Of a DNA stretch of 64,000 nt, positions 13,649-24,836 are shown piece after piece. The DNA comes from Camelus ferus (Eukaryota), in the NCBI RefSeq assembly GCF_009834535.1, contig NC_045696.1:12898001-12962000 (forward strand), read 5' to 3'. Below the pieces are notes generated by a model. It saw nothing but the letters and a program-made list of their open reading frames with translations, had not been told where the DNA came from and ran no database searches. A program made the position numbers and the translations under genes. The first letter of the stretch is position 1, and every line of letters starts with the position of its first letter.

Positions 13649-13829
13649 AAAGGAGCTCATTGCCAAGCTGGATCAGGCGGAAAAGGAGAAGCTGGATGCC
13701 GCTCAGCTGGCGCGGGAATTCGAGGCTCTGACGGAGGAGAATCGGACGTTGAAGCTGGCCCAGTCCCAATGCGTAGAACAACTGGAGAAGCTTAGAATAC
13801 AGTATCAGAAGAGACAGGGCTCGTCCTAA
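13649..13829 (+). CDS. MAP3K7CL: MAP3K7 C-terminal-like protein, last coding exon (coiled-coil C-terminus)
   Basis: Pyrimidine tract ends ATCTTCAG at 13648. The phase-2 junction AA|A restores the frame, giving K-KELIAKLDQAEKEKLDAAQLAREFEALTEENRTLKLAQSQCVEQLEKLRIQYQKRQGSS* with TAA at 13827-13829. It parallels the TAK1 C-terminus ending QKRQGTS, and the region is locally GC/CpG enriched. Confidence 0.97.
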
Positions 13830-14810
13830 CTTGAAGTTATTCAATGTGAGCCTAAGAGGTTGGCGACTGCTGTGCGCTGGCTGAAAGATTTTTATTTTAA
13901 AGGGATAGTGAGTAAAATCTATTGCTTCCCCTCATTATCCACACGGCAAACGTCTATACTAATGAGTTTAATGCTTGCCAGATCTAGTTTGAGAGAAGGG
14001 ATCTTGTATTTTAAATCAGATAGTTGAAGGGAACCTATTATCAGTACAAATTTTCAGAGATCTTAATTTGTTTCTAAAGATATTTTTTTTTCTTATTTAG
14101 CAAGATACGATCGTGCTGTACATCAGGGTAGAAAATGATAGAAATAGAGTATTGACTTATTCACGAACTAAGAGTCATGGACAGAATTAAGCCATGAAAC
14201 ACATTAGTAAGATGCTCACTGTTGTTTCACATCTGCGTGTTTTTAAATTTCACGCTGTTCACATTTCAACAGTGCTCCAATCTGAACCGTCAGAAACTTC
14301 TCTGCATATATTTATGTTCAGTAGAGTTAGGTTTCATCCCTCAGTGATTGGTTGTACTAAGAATAAATGGTTGCATATCATAAAAGCTTTCTCATGAAAA
14401 TATTAGCAGAAAGCATGTTTGTGCCAAAAGCACGTTTGCCAGTGCTAACTTGCTGTTGTAATAAAAAATTGATAAGGTTGCATTTTCTTTACGCCACGTT
14501 ACCTCCTGGTAAACATCACTGCCTTTGCTTGTGTGTGTTCTGGGGGAAATAGAACAGTATTGTTTGGACATTACTTTGGTGAGTTCCCATGAAAACATCG
14601 GTAAAATTCTAACTATCACTCTGTTTTGAATTTAAGAAGATGTTTTGGCTCATTGATAACTAATAAGAACATATAAGTAAATTCAGGATTAAAATTATTT
14701 TTTCCTTGTTCTATCTATCACCATATTGTCTCAAATTGATCTCTTTGTTTTATGTCCATTTCTATTCCTGTAATTTCTTTTTCATTAAACACGGATCAAA
14801 AGTGTCAGTC
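13830..14810 (+). other. MAP3K7CL: MAP3K7CL 3'UTR (3' end approximate)
   Basis: Repeat-free AT-rich sequence after the stop codon with several poly(A) hexamers. Repeats resume at ~15065. Confidence 0.65.
14784..14789 (+). terminator. Candidate distal polyadenylation signal ATTAAA (alternatives: AATAAA 14362, AATAAA 14460, ATTAAA 14688)
   Basis: The hexamer is preceded by a U-rich tract with TGTA and followed ~15-40 nt later by GT/T-rich sequence (gtgtcagtcggtattttgtccctttctt). Confidence 0.5.
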
Positions 14811-15066
14811 GGTATTTTGTCCCTTTCTTAAACTCCCTTCATGCTAAAAGTTGGGACTGACTAAGCCCAGTTAGAATTTGTCCTTAGTTCTATTTGAAAG
14901 TGCCAAAAAAGCAGTGAAAGTCCCGTTTCTTGGAAAGACTGCGTTTTCCCATCTAAATAACTCAGAGTTCTAATACAGGACATGATGGATTAGTGTCTTA
15001 AAGTATTTGCCCAGAAAACATAAAAGAGAATAGTTGATTAAAACAATAAGATGGCCTGGGATAGAC

Positions 15067-15305
15067 CAGTTGACATCAACTGGGAGTGATTTACCCCCTC
15101 CAGGGACATCTGGCAAAGTCTAGAGACATTTTTTTGTTGTTATCACGACTAGGATGGGGGCGGGGGGGGGCACTGGTATCTGGAGAGTAGAGGTCAGGGA
15201 TTCTGCTAGACGTCCTGCAGCGCACAGGACAGCATCACAACAACAAAGAATTGTTTGGCCCAATGTACTGCCGGCACCAAGGTCAATGTGTCCCGGGTTA
15301 GACTG
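15067..15305. mobile_element. MER20 (hAT-Charlie) DNA transposon fossil
   Basis: ccagggacatctggcaaagtctagagacatttttt...ggtatctggagagtagaggtcagggattctgctagacgtcctgcagcgcacaggacagc matches the recalled MER20 consensus. Confidence 0.8.
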
Positions 15306-15444
15306 ATCACTGGGCAGTTGGGCAAATGCCAAGCGGAAGCACGATGCAGGGCCATGGGTTTCTTGTCCTGTGATGTGCTTCCATGAGGTCCCTAGCATCC
15401 TGACCCTCAGTTTCCTTATTTGTAAAACGAAGCTTTTGGACAGA

Positions 15445-15492
15445 CATCAGTTTGAATGTTAGGACAGCCATCAGTTTGAATGTTAGGACAGC
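15445..15492. repeat. Perfect 24-bp tandem duplication catcagtttgaatgttaggacagc x2
   Basis: Seen directly at 15445-15468 and 15469-15492. Confidence 0.95.
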
Positions 15493-16002
15493 CTGTTCAC
15501 ACTTCAGCTGCTTTAGCATTTAACCAAAGGTGGAAGTCCCTATTATCCTGGTAAAAGCTTTTTTTTTTTTTTTTTTTGCAAGTAACCCCAAAGCTTATAA
15601 ATACTAAGATAAAGGAAGAGTTGTTCACTAAACTTATATAAATCCAGGGTTAATGGAATGGGAGGATGAAGGGTAAGTTACCAACCTTTAAACACAAGGA
15701 TTAGGTTTTGATTGCTGCCCATCTGATTACACCTATTTACGGATTTCAAGCAGTCATGGCACCTTACAGAAAATGGGAGGGGAGGGCAGAGAAATGTATT
15801 CCCAAAATCTCTCTCCTTTATCAGAACGAAAATAATTTCACAGGTCAAAATATTTGAACACACTTATTATATTAAGGAGACACTGGGTAAACAGTTTTCC
15901 TACCTGTGCTAGTCTCAGCCTGAATTTTACCGTGTTTCCAAAAGATACCTATTCATGACTCAAAAGCAAGCATTTCTCTAGGTGTGTGTATGTTTGTGTT
16001 TT

Positions 16003-16075
16003 AATTTTTTTTTAATTGAAGTAAAGTTGATTTACAGAATTATGTTAGTTTCAGGTATCCCACATAGTGATTCCC
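16003..16075 (-). mobile_element. Very short L1 3' terminus
   Basis: ttttttttaattgaagtaaagttgatttacag...ttagtttcaggta..catagtgattc. Confidence 0.7.
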
Positions 16076-17049
16076 CATAGGTGCTTATGTTTTAAGCAGA
16101 CTTTTATTCAGAGAAATCGAAAGGCAAATTGTCTTCTATTATCATTTTCATCTTTTCATTCATTTGACAAGTTTCCCCCATCATATTTACCACTGCCTAT
16201 CATCTGTATAACACAGAATCACTTAAGAATTTTCTATCTTCAAATATATTTACACTGTTCTTGCTATTAGCCATAATGAAAATTTTATAGAACATTAAGA
16301 ATGAGCACAGAGGTTCTATTAGTATTAAGATGAAGGTGTTTGCTTTAAAGTTAGAATTTAAGAAAAACGTAAACCACATTTTACTCTGCAATGGCCCTGC
16401 TAAAGAATTTGCTAGTTGTGGGCCATTTAGTTTATGGAGACATGAAAAGAATGTGGTTACACGTGACTGAAGGTCAAATCTTTAATCATTGGTGTTGGTG
16501 TCTCTATGTCACTCTAGCACCTGGGCTTGGATGTATCATTAACGCAGCACAAACAAAGAACTAAAAGGGATCTGGAATTCAAGTTCAATTTAACAAAAGT
16601 TTACTATCCACTTACCAAGTGTAGGGCAGAGTAACAATAATAGGGCTGCAAAAACGCAATCTCAGCCTTCTGCACTTTGCAGGGCAGTAAATAGTCTTCC
16701 CAGAGGGTTTAAGTAGGAGTTGGGGGATACTGAGAAATTAAGTTGGGAAGTTCCACTGGGCTCTGGACATGGGAGGGTTTGAACAAAATAAAAATTTTGA
16801 AAAGATGAGTGAATGATGGGGCTGGACTTGAAGATAATTACCAGGGTTGCGATGCATGGGGGGGATGGAACTGAGACTAGAGGCATGAGTGCTGTTAGGA
16901 GGCAAACAGGAAGGAGTGTGCAAGAGGAGAGAGTGGGAGCAACTGAACTGGAGACACACTAGGAGGGTTGGGAGAGACATAAAGAGAAGTAGGATCCAAG
17001 TGCCCTGGGATGGATCGCGTGTGTCATTGGAGCAAGACGAGGAGAAGTA

Positions 17050-17222
17050 ATGTTTAATGAGCCCCTTCTGTGCCAGGCAATCATAGCTCTTCATATAGGT
17101 TGCATTATTTAATTCTCAGAACAACCTGAAAGGCAGATACAATTATCTCCATTCTCCAAAACCAGAATGTAAGGTTACATAATTTGTACAATGTTCCCCA
17201 GAGCCCGGATTCAAATGCAAAT
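17050..17222 (-). mobile_element. MIR fragment
   Basis: tgtgccaggca...atttaattctcagaacaacctgaaaggcagatacaattatctccatt...agagcccggattcaaa. Confidence 0.65.
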
Positions 17223-17415
17223 TGTCTTTTTCCCTCCCTCCCTCCCTCTCTCCTTTCCTTCCTTCCTTCCTTTCTTTCTTCTATTTGTTGAATACTTGTA
17301 CTTTGCCAGGCATTCTGGAAGGTGTCAGGGACACAGCAGCAAACAATAGAAACACGGATCCTGCCCTCAAGGAACTCAGTATAGTGAGTGAGGAAAGCAT
17401 TGACTTAAACACCTA

Positions 17416-17895
17416 CTGGGGTAGTCTTAAATACATCTAAACATCCTGTTAAAATGTAGAGCCTAATTCTTCTCCCCTTCAGTGTGAGGTGAACTTAAAG
17501 ACTTGTTTCTAACAAACAGAATAAAGCAGAAGTGGCAATATGTGACTTTCAAGATGAGAACACAAAGACATAGGGGCTTCCTCCGCATCTGCTCTCTCTT
17601 GGATGACTTGCTCTGGGTAAGTGAGCTGCTGTGTTCTGTTGAGCCTCCAGCAGGTCTATGGAGAGACCCAAGTGGGAGGCCACATGAGTGAACCTGGAAG
17701 CAGATCCTCCAGACCCAGGTGAGACTCCAATTGTCTGCAGCTTGGCTGACATCTTGACTGCAGCCTCAGTAGAGACTCTGAGTCAGAACCGCCCAACTGA
17801 GCTGCTCCTGTTCCTAATTCTCAGCAACTTTGAGATAATAAATATTTGTTGTTTTAAGCTACTGAATTTTTTTTTTAATGCAACAATAGATGAAA
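17416..17895 (+). mobile_element. MaLR solo LTR (MLT1F/H-like) inside an L2 remnant (~17280-18270)
   Basis: ggaagcagatcctccag...gctgacatcttgactgcagcctcagtagagactctgagtcagaaccgcccaactgagctgctcc...ataataaatatttgttgttttaagctactg. Confidence 0.72.
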
Positions 17896-19840
17896 AAAGA
17901 TACAAGAAATAAATGAGATGAGTACAAAACAGAAAAGAAACAGTTTGTGAGTTTGTATAAGAAAGAGAATCTAACTGAAATGAGGTGTTTGAGATGGTTT
18001 CCTTAAGTATTGATGAGCAAGAGCCAAAGAAGCAAAGAGTGTAGGAGGAGGAAGGTGTCTAGACAGAACAAAGCACATGCAAAGGCACTGTGGCATGTTC
18101 AAAGACTTGGAGGGAGGCTGGGGTAGCCAAGCATGAAGAGGTAGGGAGGGTGTGATACATGAGTTTGCAGAATAAGGCAGGACTTTGAAGATCACATTAA
18201 GAATTTTGCCCTTAATCATAAAAACAGTAAGAAGACACCAAAGAATCCTAAGCAGAGGGATTAATATGTTAACACATTATCTTCTAGGGTAACATGTTTT
18301 AAGAGTTTTCTTTTTCAAGTTAATACATTTTAAGTTGCTGAGAGTGCTGTCCTGTAGAGAATTTATACTACACCTATTTAGTTAGCTCGCTGTATAGAAC
18401 ATAGGGTTACTTATGTAGGGTTATAATATACATTTTACTTGAGAAGTCATTTTAATGAATATTTTTCTCCTTTGAAAATAAGTAAACCCTTAGTAGTAGC
18501 ATGTAGCCTGGCAGAACAGAAGACAGGTGGATTGCAGAAATCCTCATTAGAAGGCAGGATTCTTAGTGTCACTCAGTTAAATATGTTCATTGTGACAGTG
18601 GAGGTAGACTCAGACTGTTTTTTACTGTCCATCTCATGTTTCAAACATCGAGTTGCCACACATCAAGCTGATAAGAGAATATTCTTAAGCGATTAGAACT
18701 TTTAAGACAGTATTTTCCACCTTGTCTGGGTTATTTTTCAAGAATGAAAAAAATCAAAGATGGATGTGCGGATCACATCACAATGTGTGAAATGTACACA
18801 GGCCGAGATGAAATCACCCACAAAGCTGAGAGCAACAACCTTCAGCTTCTGCAAACACCCTTCCAGTTCTAATACTCAATGTTTTAATTAACTGGGACCA
18901 TATTGTTTCCCATGGTTAGAAACAAACGCTCTCTGAAAGAAAAATGTCTTGTACTCAAGAGAGTTCCATATTCTAGGGTTAAAATCACATCCATTTCATT
19001 TTGCTCTCTGAATCTTTGAAAATGTTCCTAATCAGTCCTCATGTTTCCACATTTCTGAGACAGCTCCGGGGCAGGTAGATAAAAGGGGCAGCTTTTACGA
19101 GAGTAGATTATCGAAGTGATGATAATAACCATGAGGTGATGATGGTCTGAGTCACCCAAGCTGGAAAACAGAAATTTCCCTAAGGAGTCCATCTTTTTTT
19201 ATTTTTTTAATTGAATGAAAGATTCTTTAAACTCTACCATGCTTTAAAATTTTCAAAAGCTTCACACACATGATTTTATCTAATCCTGTAGTAAGTTTGT
19301 CTTTTAAAAACTTTTCCTCGGCAGCTTTTGGACTAAGAAGTTTAAGATAAGAATTCTGAGCAGAAGGGCTGAGCCAGCATAAGTACTGGGGGAAGAGTTT
19401 TTCAACAGCCAAACGAGGAGGAAGAATTTGCGTCTGTGATCTGCTTCACTAACCGATTTTATCCGTCACTGGACGTGTCTGGGCAGGGCAGCTCTCTCAG
19501 GTCTGAGTTTTGAAAAGGGAAAGATGAAGAGATAGTAGGACCAGGTAAAATGGTGCATGAAACGGCTTCCCCCCTCAGATTCTTAATTGCCTGTTCACTT
19601 CTCAAAAATGGAGTGAATGCTGAATGAGCTGACGTTCCCCCATCGTTCCTGTAAATAAGGATGTGACTCACCAGCCCTGAAAGCTCCAGAATGCCATAGA
19701 AACTACGGTGATTTGATTATTTAAAAATAGCTGGGAAAAGAGCGAGAAAGTGGTCATGGGTAAACTGGAGTGCTTTCTTTTTCAAACAAATTTTAAAAAA
19801 TTTTGTTTCTTTAAAAATTTTTTTCTTTTTGTTTCTTTAA

Positions 19841-19915
19841 ATTTTTTTTTTTTTAATGAGGGGGAAGTAATTTTAGGTTTATTTGTTTATTTTTTTTAAA
19901 TGGAGGTACTGGGAT
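19841..19915 (-). mobile_element. 5'-truncated Vic-1-like SINE (tail plus last ~15 nt of head)
   Basis: ggggaagtaattttaggtttatttgtttatttttttt aaatggaggtactggga, after which homology is lost abruptly. Confidence 0.75.
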
Positions 19916-20489
19916 ATAAGACTTTTTCAAAATAAAATAAAAAAATTTTTAAATGTAACTTGTTATTGTGTCTAGCCCTAAGTGTTCTGAGAACATCTGG
20001 GCTGCTGACCAAATTTTAGGGTTTTATGATTTCTGGAAATGAACATGGTGAACACGGTGGCCAGATCAGACCCCAGGCAGGAAAGAAGACTCAGGATTTA
20101 CCACGGGGTCTTTGTGGTCTGCCTATAGCCCTATTTGATTGTCTGGTCTCCTTTTCTGTAAAGTGGAGACAGGTGAGCGTGGATGGCATTTGAATACACT
20201 GACCCCTACCCGCAAACTGTTACACAGCCATTGCAGTATTATCAATATAGGTATTTAGGATGCTAAGAATAATAACAGTGGTAAGAATGGCAATAGCTTA
20301 TATTAAGCCTACTGAATGGCAGTCACTGATCTTTAGCCAGCTGATGTGGAAATAGAAAAAACAAGGAACCTCCTTAGTATTGGCACAAAACCCCTCTAAT
20401 TAAGATTTTCCAGCAAACCTAAGTATGAATTTGAGATTTACGACTAAGTTGCACTCAGGGGATCTTCGTTTCCTTTAAGTCTGTTTTAC

Positions 20490-20965
20490 CGGATCCTGAT
20501 GAGGGAAAGTCCCTTAATGAAAGGACTGTTTACAAAGTTGGGGGCAGAGGTGAGAGACATCAGGAGGGCTAGTGAAGCCCTTGGGATCGGCAGCCTCAGG
20601 AAAGTCTCTCCTGTGCCTTCAGGGGCGAAGGAGGGAGGAGGCGGTACTAAGACATGGCAGGACCTGTGTCTGTAGGAGAGGGCATCCCCTCACCGCACTC
20701 CTCAAAACCTTGTTCTTTTGTTGGGCAGTGAGGCCACAGCCTACCCAGGACTTGGCAGGGAGAAACCAGGAGGATGATTACCTCAGTCTTTCTTCCTGTC
20801 CCTCCATCTTCTGCCAATGGCTCCCATTGGCCAAATTCAGCCAGAAACCAGAGGATGAAGGAGGCTAGTTGCTGTGGTCCATGTAGTCAGTTCCCAGGGT
20901 ACAGAGCAGAGTGGGAAGTGGAGAGAGTGGATCTGTGGGGGCCCTGGGGAGCCTCCAGTGCACAC
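20490..20965 (-). mobile_element. Old ERVL-type solo LTR (LTR33/LTR41-like)
   Basis: ctcccattggccaaattcagccagaaaccagagg...cagagcagagtgggaagtggagagagtggatctg resembles the antisense 5' end of this family as recalled. Confidence 0.6.
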
Positions 20966-21138
20966 GAGCAACAAGCAGAAGAGATGCACGTGCCTCAGAA
21001 GCTCATACAGAAAGCAGGACGGCCAGACTTGTGATTTGAATCCCATGGTCCTTCCTAGTCATTTATAAAGCCCCCTTCAATGTCTGGAAAGGTGAACCAG
21101 GAGGAAAGCAGTTTTCCTCCCCGGGGATGGATCAGGGG

Positions 21139-21346
21139 TGAGGTTGCCAGAGAAAATACAAGATGCCCAGTTAAACTGAATTTCAGAAGTCAGACAAATG
21201 ATGAACAATTTTTTAGTATAAGTATGTCCTAAACATTGCATGGTACATACTCATATCAAAAAAAAAAAATTGATTTTTGCTGTTCATCTGAAGTTCAGTT
21301 TTAACTGGGAATCCTGCATTTTTATTGGATAATATTGGCAACCCTA
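21139..21346. mobile_element. MER53 palindromic hAT MITE
   Basis: TIRs aggttgccag / tggcaacccta and internal inverted arms (aatacaagatgcccagttaaactgaatttcag vs ctgaagttcagttttaactgggaatcctgcatt). Confidence 0.88.
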
Positions 21347-22616
21347 ATTAGGGAGGATGGTGTAGAGAAGACACTGCAAGTGTATTCATGTAATCCTCCC
21401 CCCACCCGCCACCCGTGTGCTTCACTGCAGTTTGTTTAGTGAGAAGAACGAGCCCTGGGCGTAGAAAATGGTGTCGCGCTTCCAAACCCTTGTTCTTGCA
21501 ACACCAGTGTTTGAAATATTCATAACACACAAAACCGGAAAAGGAAACAAAACAAAACAAAACACTGATTCATGGTCACATAAATTTGAGAAACACTGGG
21601 CTAAATTAAAGAGTTCCCGTAGCTTTAGGATTTCTCCTAGCACTTCATGCTAAGATGCATTGTGACACCAATGATAGTGTTTCCTTGCTGGATTTAAAAA
21701 CCATCACAACTAACAAACAACAGGCTCAATATCCTTTTCTTTTACAGTGACCATGGGTTTCCACTGAAATGCAGCTTAAATTTAATAAAGTCATTTTGGG
21801 GTCCATCATGTTAAAACAGAATTTCACCGTCATCTTATAATCTTGCTTTAAGGTTTAATTTGTATTTATAAAAAAAGTTTTAAAGCTCCCCATACATGTT
21901 TGCAAACTGATAGAATTCTATTGAATAAGAGATTGTGGTCCACTTGATACTGCATGGTTTTGCTTAGCTTAATATGAAGCACCAATTAAAACCAAATATC
22001 ACCCGAGCAGGGATAATTCTAAATTTTTCAGGGAGAAAAACGAGGATAAAAACATCAGCCTTCTCTGCCTCACAAAGTTACTTGTGGAAAGAAGCAAAGT
22101 AGTGTGGTGAAGGGCTGCACAAAACGTTACTGTGTGGTGATAAGTTTTATTATTACCCTCCCTGTAGAGTTAGTGGGCACACAGGTCTCACAGGTTTTCT
22201 GTCTTTCTCGTCATAGGCGTTTTAGTTAATCTGCTGTACAATCCATAATTCTGTCCTGTAGTGTGAAATGGAAGGATAAGCGAGGTACAACAGTTAGGAT
22301 TAGAATTAGCTGTGAAGAGCAGATACCTCTGTCTCCCACAAACTATTACCACCAGATCACAGTGTGTTAAATACAGTGCAAGTTTCTTTCCCCTATGATG
22401 TAGAAAACTGGGGTTGCAGAGCTCTGGGTTGATATGCAGTTTCTGTTCCATAAAATCTTCAGGGCCTCAAGCTTTTCTGCCATTATTTAGCTATGTCCCT
22501 CATTGTCATGGACTAAGATGGTGACAGCTGGAGGAGGAAGGGATGAAGAAGGGGATAGGCCTAGAAGTGGGCTGGCTGTCCTGGGAGCTGCCACAAGATA
22601 CTTCCAGTGACATCCC

Positions 22617-23235
22617 TGAGATGGTTAATTTTATGTGTCAGCTTGACTGAGCCCCCGGGTGCCCAGATATTTGCTCAAACATTATTCTGGGTGTGTCTTT
22701 GGGGGTGACTTTGCATGTGATTTACATTTAAATTGGAAGACTGAATAAGCAGATTGTTCTTCCTAATGTGGGTGGGCCTCATCTAATCAGTCGAAGGCCT
22801 GAATAGAGCAAAAAGGCTGACTTTTCTGTGAGGAACTCCTCCTGCCTGTCTGTGTTGAGCTGGGGTGTCAATTCTTTCTTGCCTCTAGAGTTGAACAGAA
22901 ACACTTGCTCCTTCTGAGGCTCAAGCCTGCTGACCTTCAGATGAAAACTGCACCACTGGGCTTTCCTGGGTGTTCAGCTTGAAGATGACAGATCTTGGGA
23001 CTTGTCAGCCTCCACCATCAAGTGAATGGACTTTCTTTTCTATTTTCTTTTCTTTTTTTGGAGGGAGAGGTAATTAGGTTATTTATTTATTTATTCTTAA
23101 TGGAGGTAGGACCTTGTGCGTGCTAAGAACATGCTCTACCACCGAGCATACCCTCCCCCTGAATCAACTTCTTATAATAAATCTCTCTCTCTCTCTCCTA
23201 TTGGTTCTGTTTCTCTGCAAACTCTGACTAATACA
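22617..23235 (+). mobile_element. MLT2 (ERVL) solo LTR containing a SINE, itself inserted in an older MLT1-like LTR
   Basis: TG...CA termini (tgagatggttaattttatgtgtcagcttgactg ... ctctgactaataca); imperfect 5-bp TSD atccc/atctt. Confidence 0.88.
23036..23159 (-). mobile_element. Vic-1-like SINE with an internal deletion of the B-box
   Basis: tggaggt|aggacc where sibling copies read tggaggtactggggattgaacccaggacc. Confidence 0.85.
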
Positions 23236-24152
23236 ATCTTATTGCCTGAACCTTAGTATGGAAAAGGGGGGCAGTTATAGGGGATGAAACATGTCAGGGT
23301 GCAAGTAGGAGATTCTGCTGCAGGAAGGAACCTCAGCTCCTTCTGGGCACTTGTGAGTCAGCAGCAATGTTGGTGCAGACTTTTATTTTGGGAGCTGATC
23401 AAGAATATTGCCAAATCTGTAGGCCAAGTTCTCCATCTATCAAATTGCACAGCAGTGCCTTCCTCTCTCCTACCAGATGAGATTTCTTGGAAGATATTAA
23501 TCATGTCCAAATGTCTATCCAGAATATGTTTAGTACAAATACGTCTACAAATAGAAAGCTCTGTCACTTCGTGCGGTGATGTGCATTTATGTGTATATGA
23601 ATGTGTGTGTGTTAACCATGAAAATGGGATATTTGGTCTGTCTGAATGCCTGAAATGGAAGTAAGGGTGACTGATTTCGTACAGTAAGTGATACACTCCC
23701 AGGTTGTTGGCATTTTCCTTTTCTTACACAAAATGAAATCTGTCAAGAAGATTTTGACAATGATGCCAAATTCTTTCACTCAGTTCTTAGATTGGGGATT
23801 CTGAAGCCATTTCACTGGCGAGGGGCAGATGTCACCCCATTATTCGAGGTCTAGTCCTTGATTTTAGAAGCAGTTACTCAAGCTCTTGTCAATACTGTTA
23901 ATTAACTTGCATCTCTTCTCAAGCTCTGCACAAGGACCATAGTTCCTGATGGTTGTTGCTCAAGGTCATTTCTTGCCTCCTGTTCCTTCTATCTCGGGAA
24001 GAGCATGGGATGATGGGGTCTCAGTTTGGTTTGCTATTATTCTTGGATCCTAACCTAAGACTATCAGAAAAATCAGTAGGTGGAAAGTTGAATAAACACT
24101 GACTTTTAATTTATAATTGGTTACCAGACGTAAAGAAAGCTTTACTCAGCCT

Positions 24153-24330
24153 CAGGACCAATTGCATAATTGGAAGGGTCAATTGCAAAATGAAAATCTG
24201 GGGCCCCTTGTTTCAAAAGTTACTAAGAATCTCAAGATGGTGACCACAGAGCATTAAAGCTCGTACAGGGCCCTTGTGAGCGTGGGTCCTGTGCACCTGC
24301 ACCGGTGGCACATCTGTGATGCTGACCCCA
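24153..24330 (-). mobile_element. MER45A (hAT-Tip100) fossil
   Basis: gcaaaatgaaaatctggggccccttgtttcaaaagttactaagaatctcaagatggtgaccacagagcattaaa matches recalled MER45A antisense. Confidence 0.78.
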
Positions 24331-24836
24331 CTTAGCACTTTACATTTAGCACTTTGATGTCCCTGAAGTCCCCACCAAACTCTTGCCTCCTCCCCTCACC
24401 CCACGTCCTCAAATCTTCCCTTACCTCTGAAATCTTTACTTTGTCTAACACTGTGGGACACAAGAGTATCTGATGAGAAAGCACTCATTGGATTTAACCA
24501 TGTTTGTTTTTCCCCTTTTTATTCCTGAACATCAGCGCTCATAGACATTTCTTGTCTTCGGATGCATTGTCTTAGGCAGCTTCCTCGTCACGGATACACA
24601 GGTGGCGAACCTTCGTGGGGATGTTAGTAGGGGACTGATTTCTACCAAATAAACCAGGACTATCCATCAAAGTCCCTTGAGACTTAACATGAAAGACGGC
24701 CTATACGAATCAGATCATCCACATGTAGTGAAGAGTGAGGGAGATGGGACGTACCTGGGTCATGAAAGATTTATGAGGCAGATGAGAGGCAGGCAGGTTA
24801 GACAATCAAAGTAGATTCTGATTGTCTTATTTCCCG

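Noticed and set aside
13377..13844. 155-aa minus-strand ORF
   Set aside because: Antisense shadow of the MAP3K7CL last exon, with a non-ATG start and no recognisable protein features.
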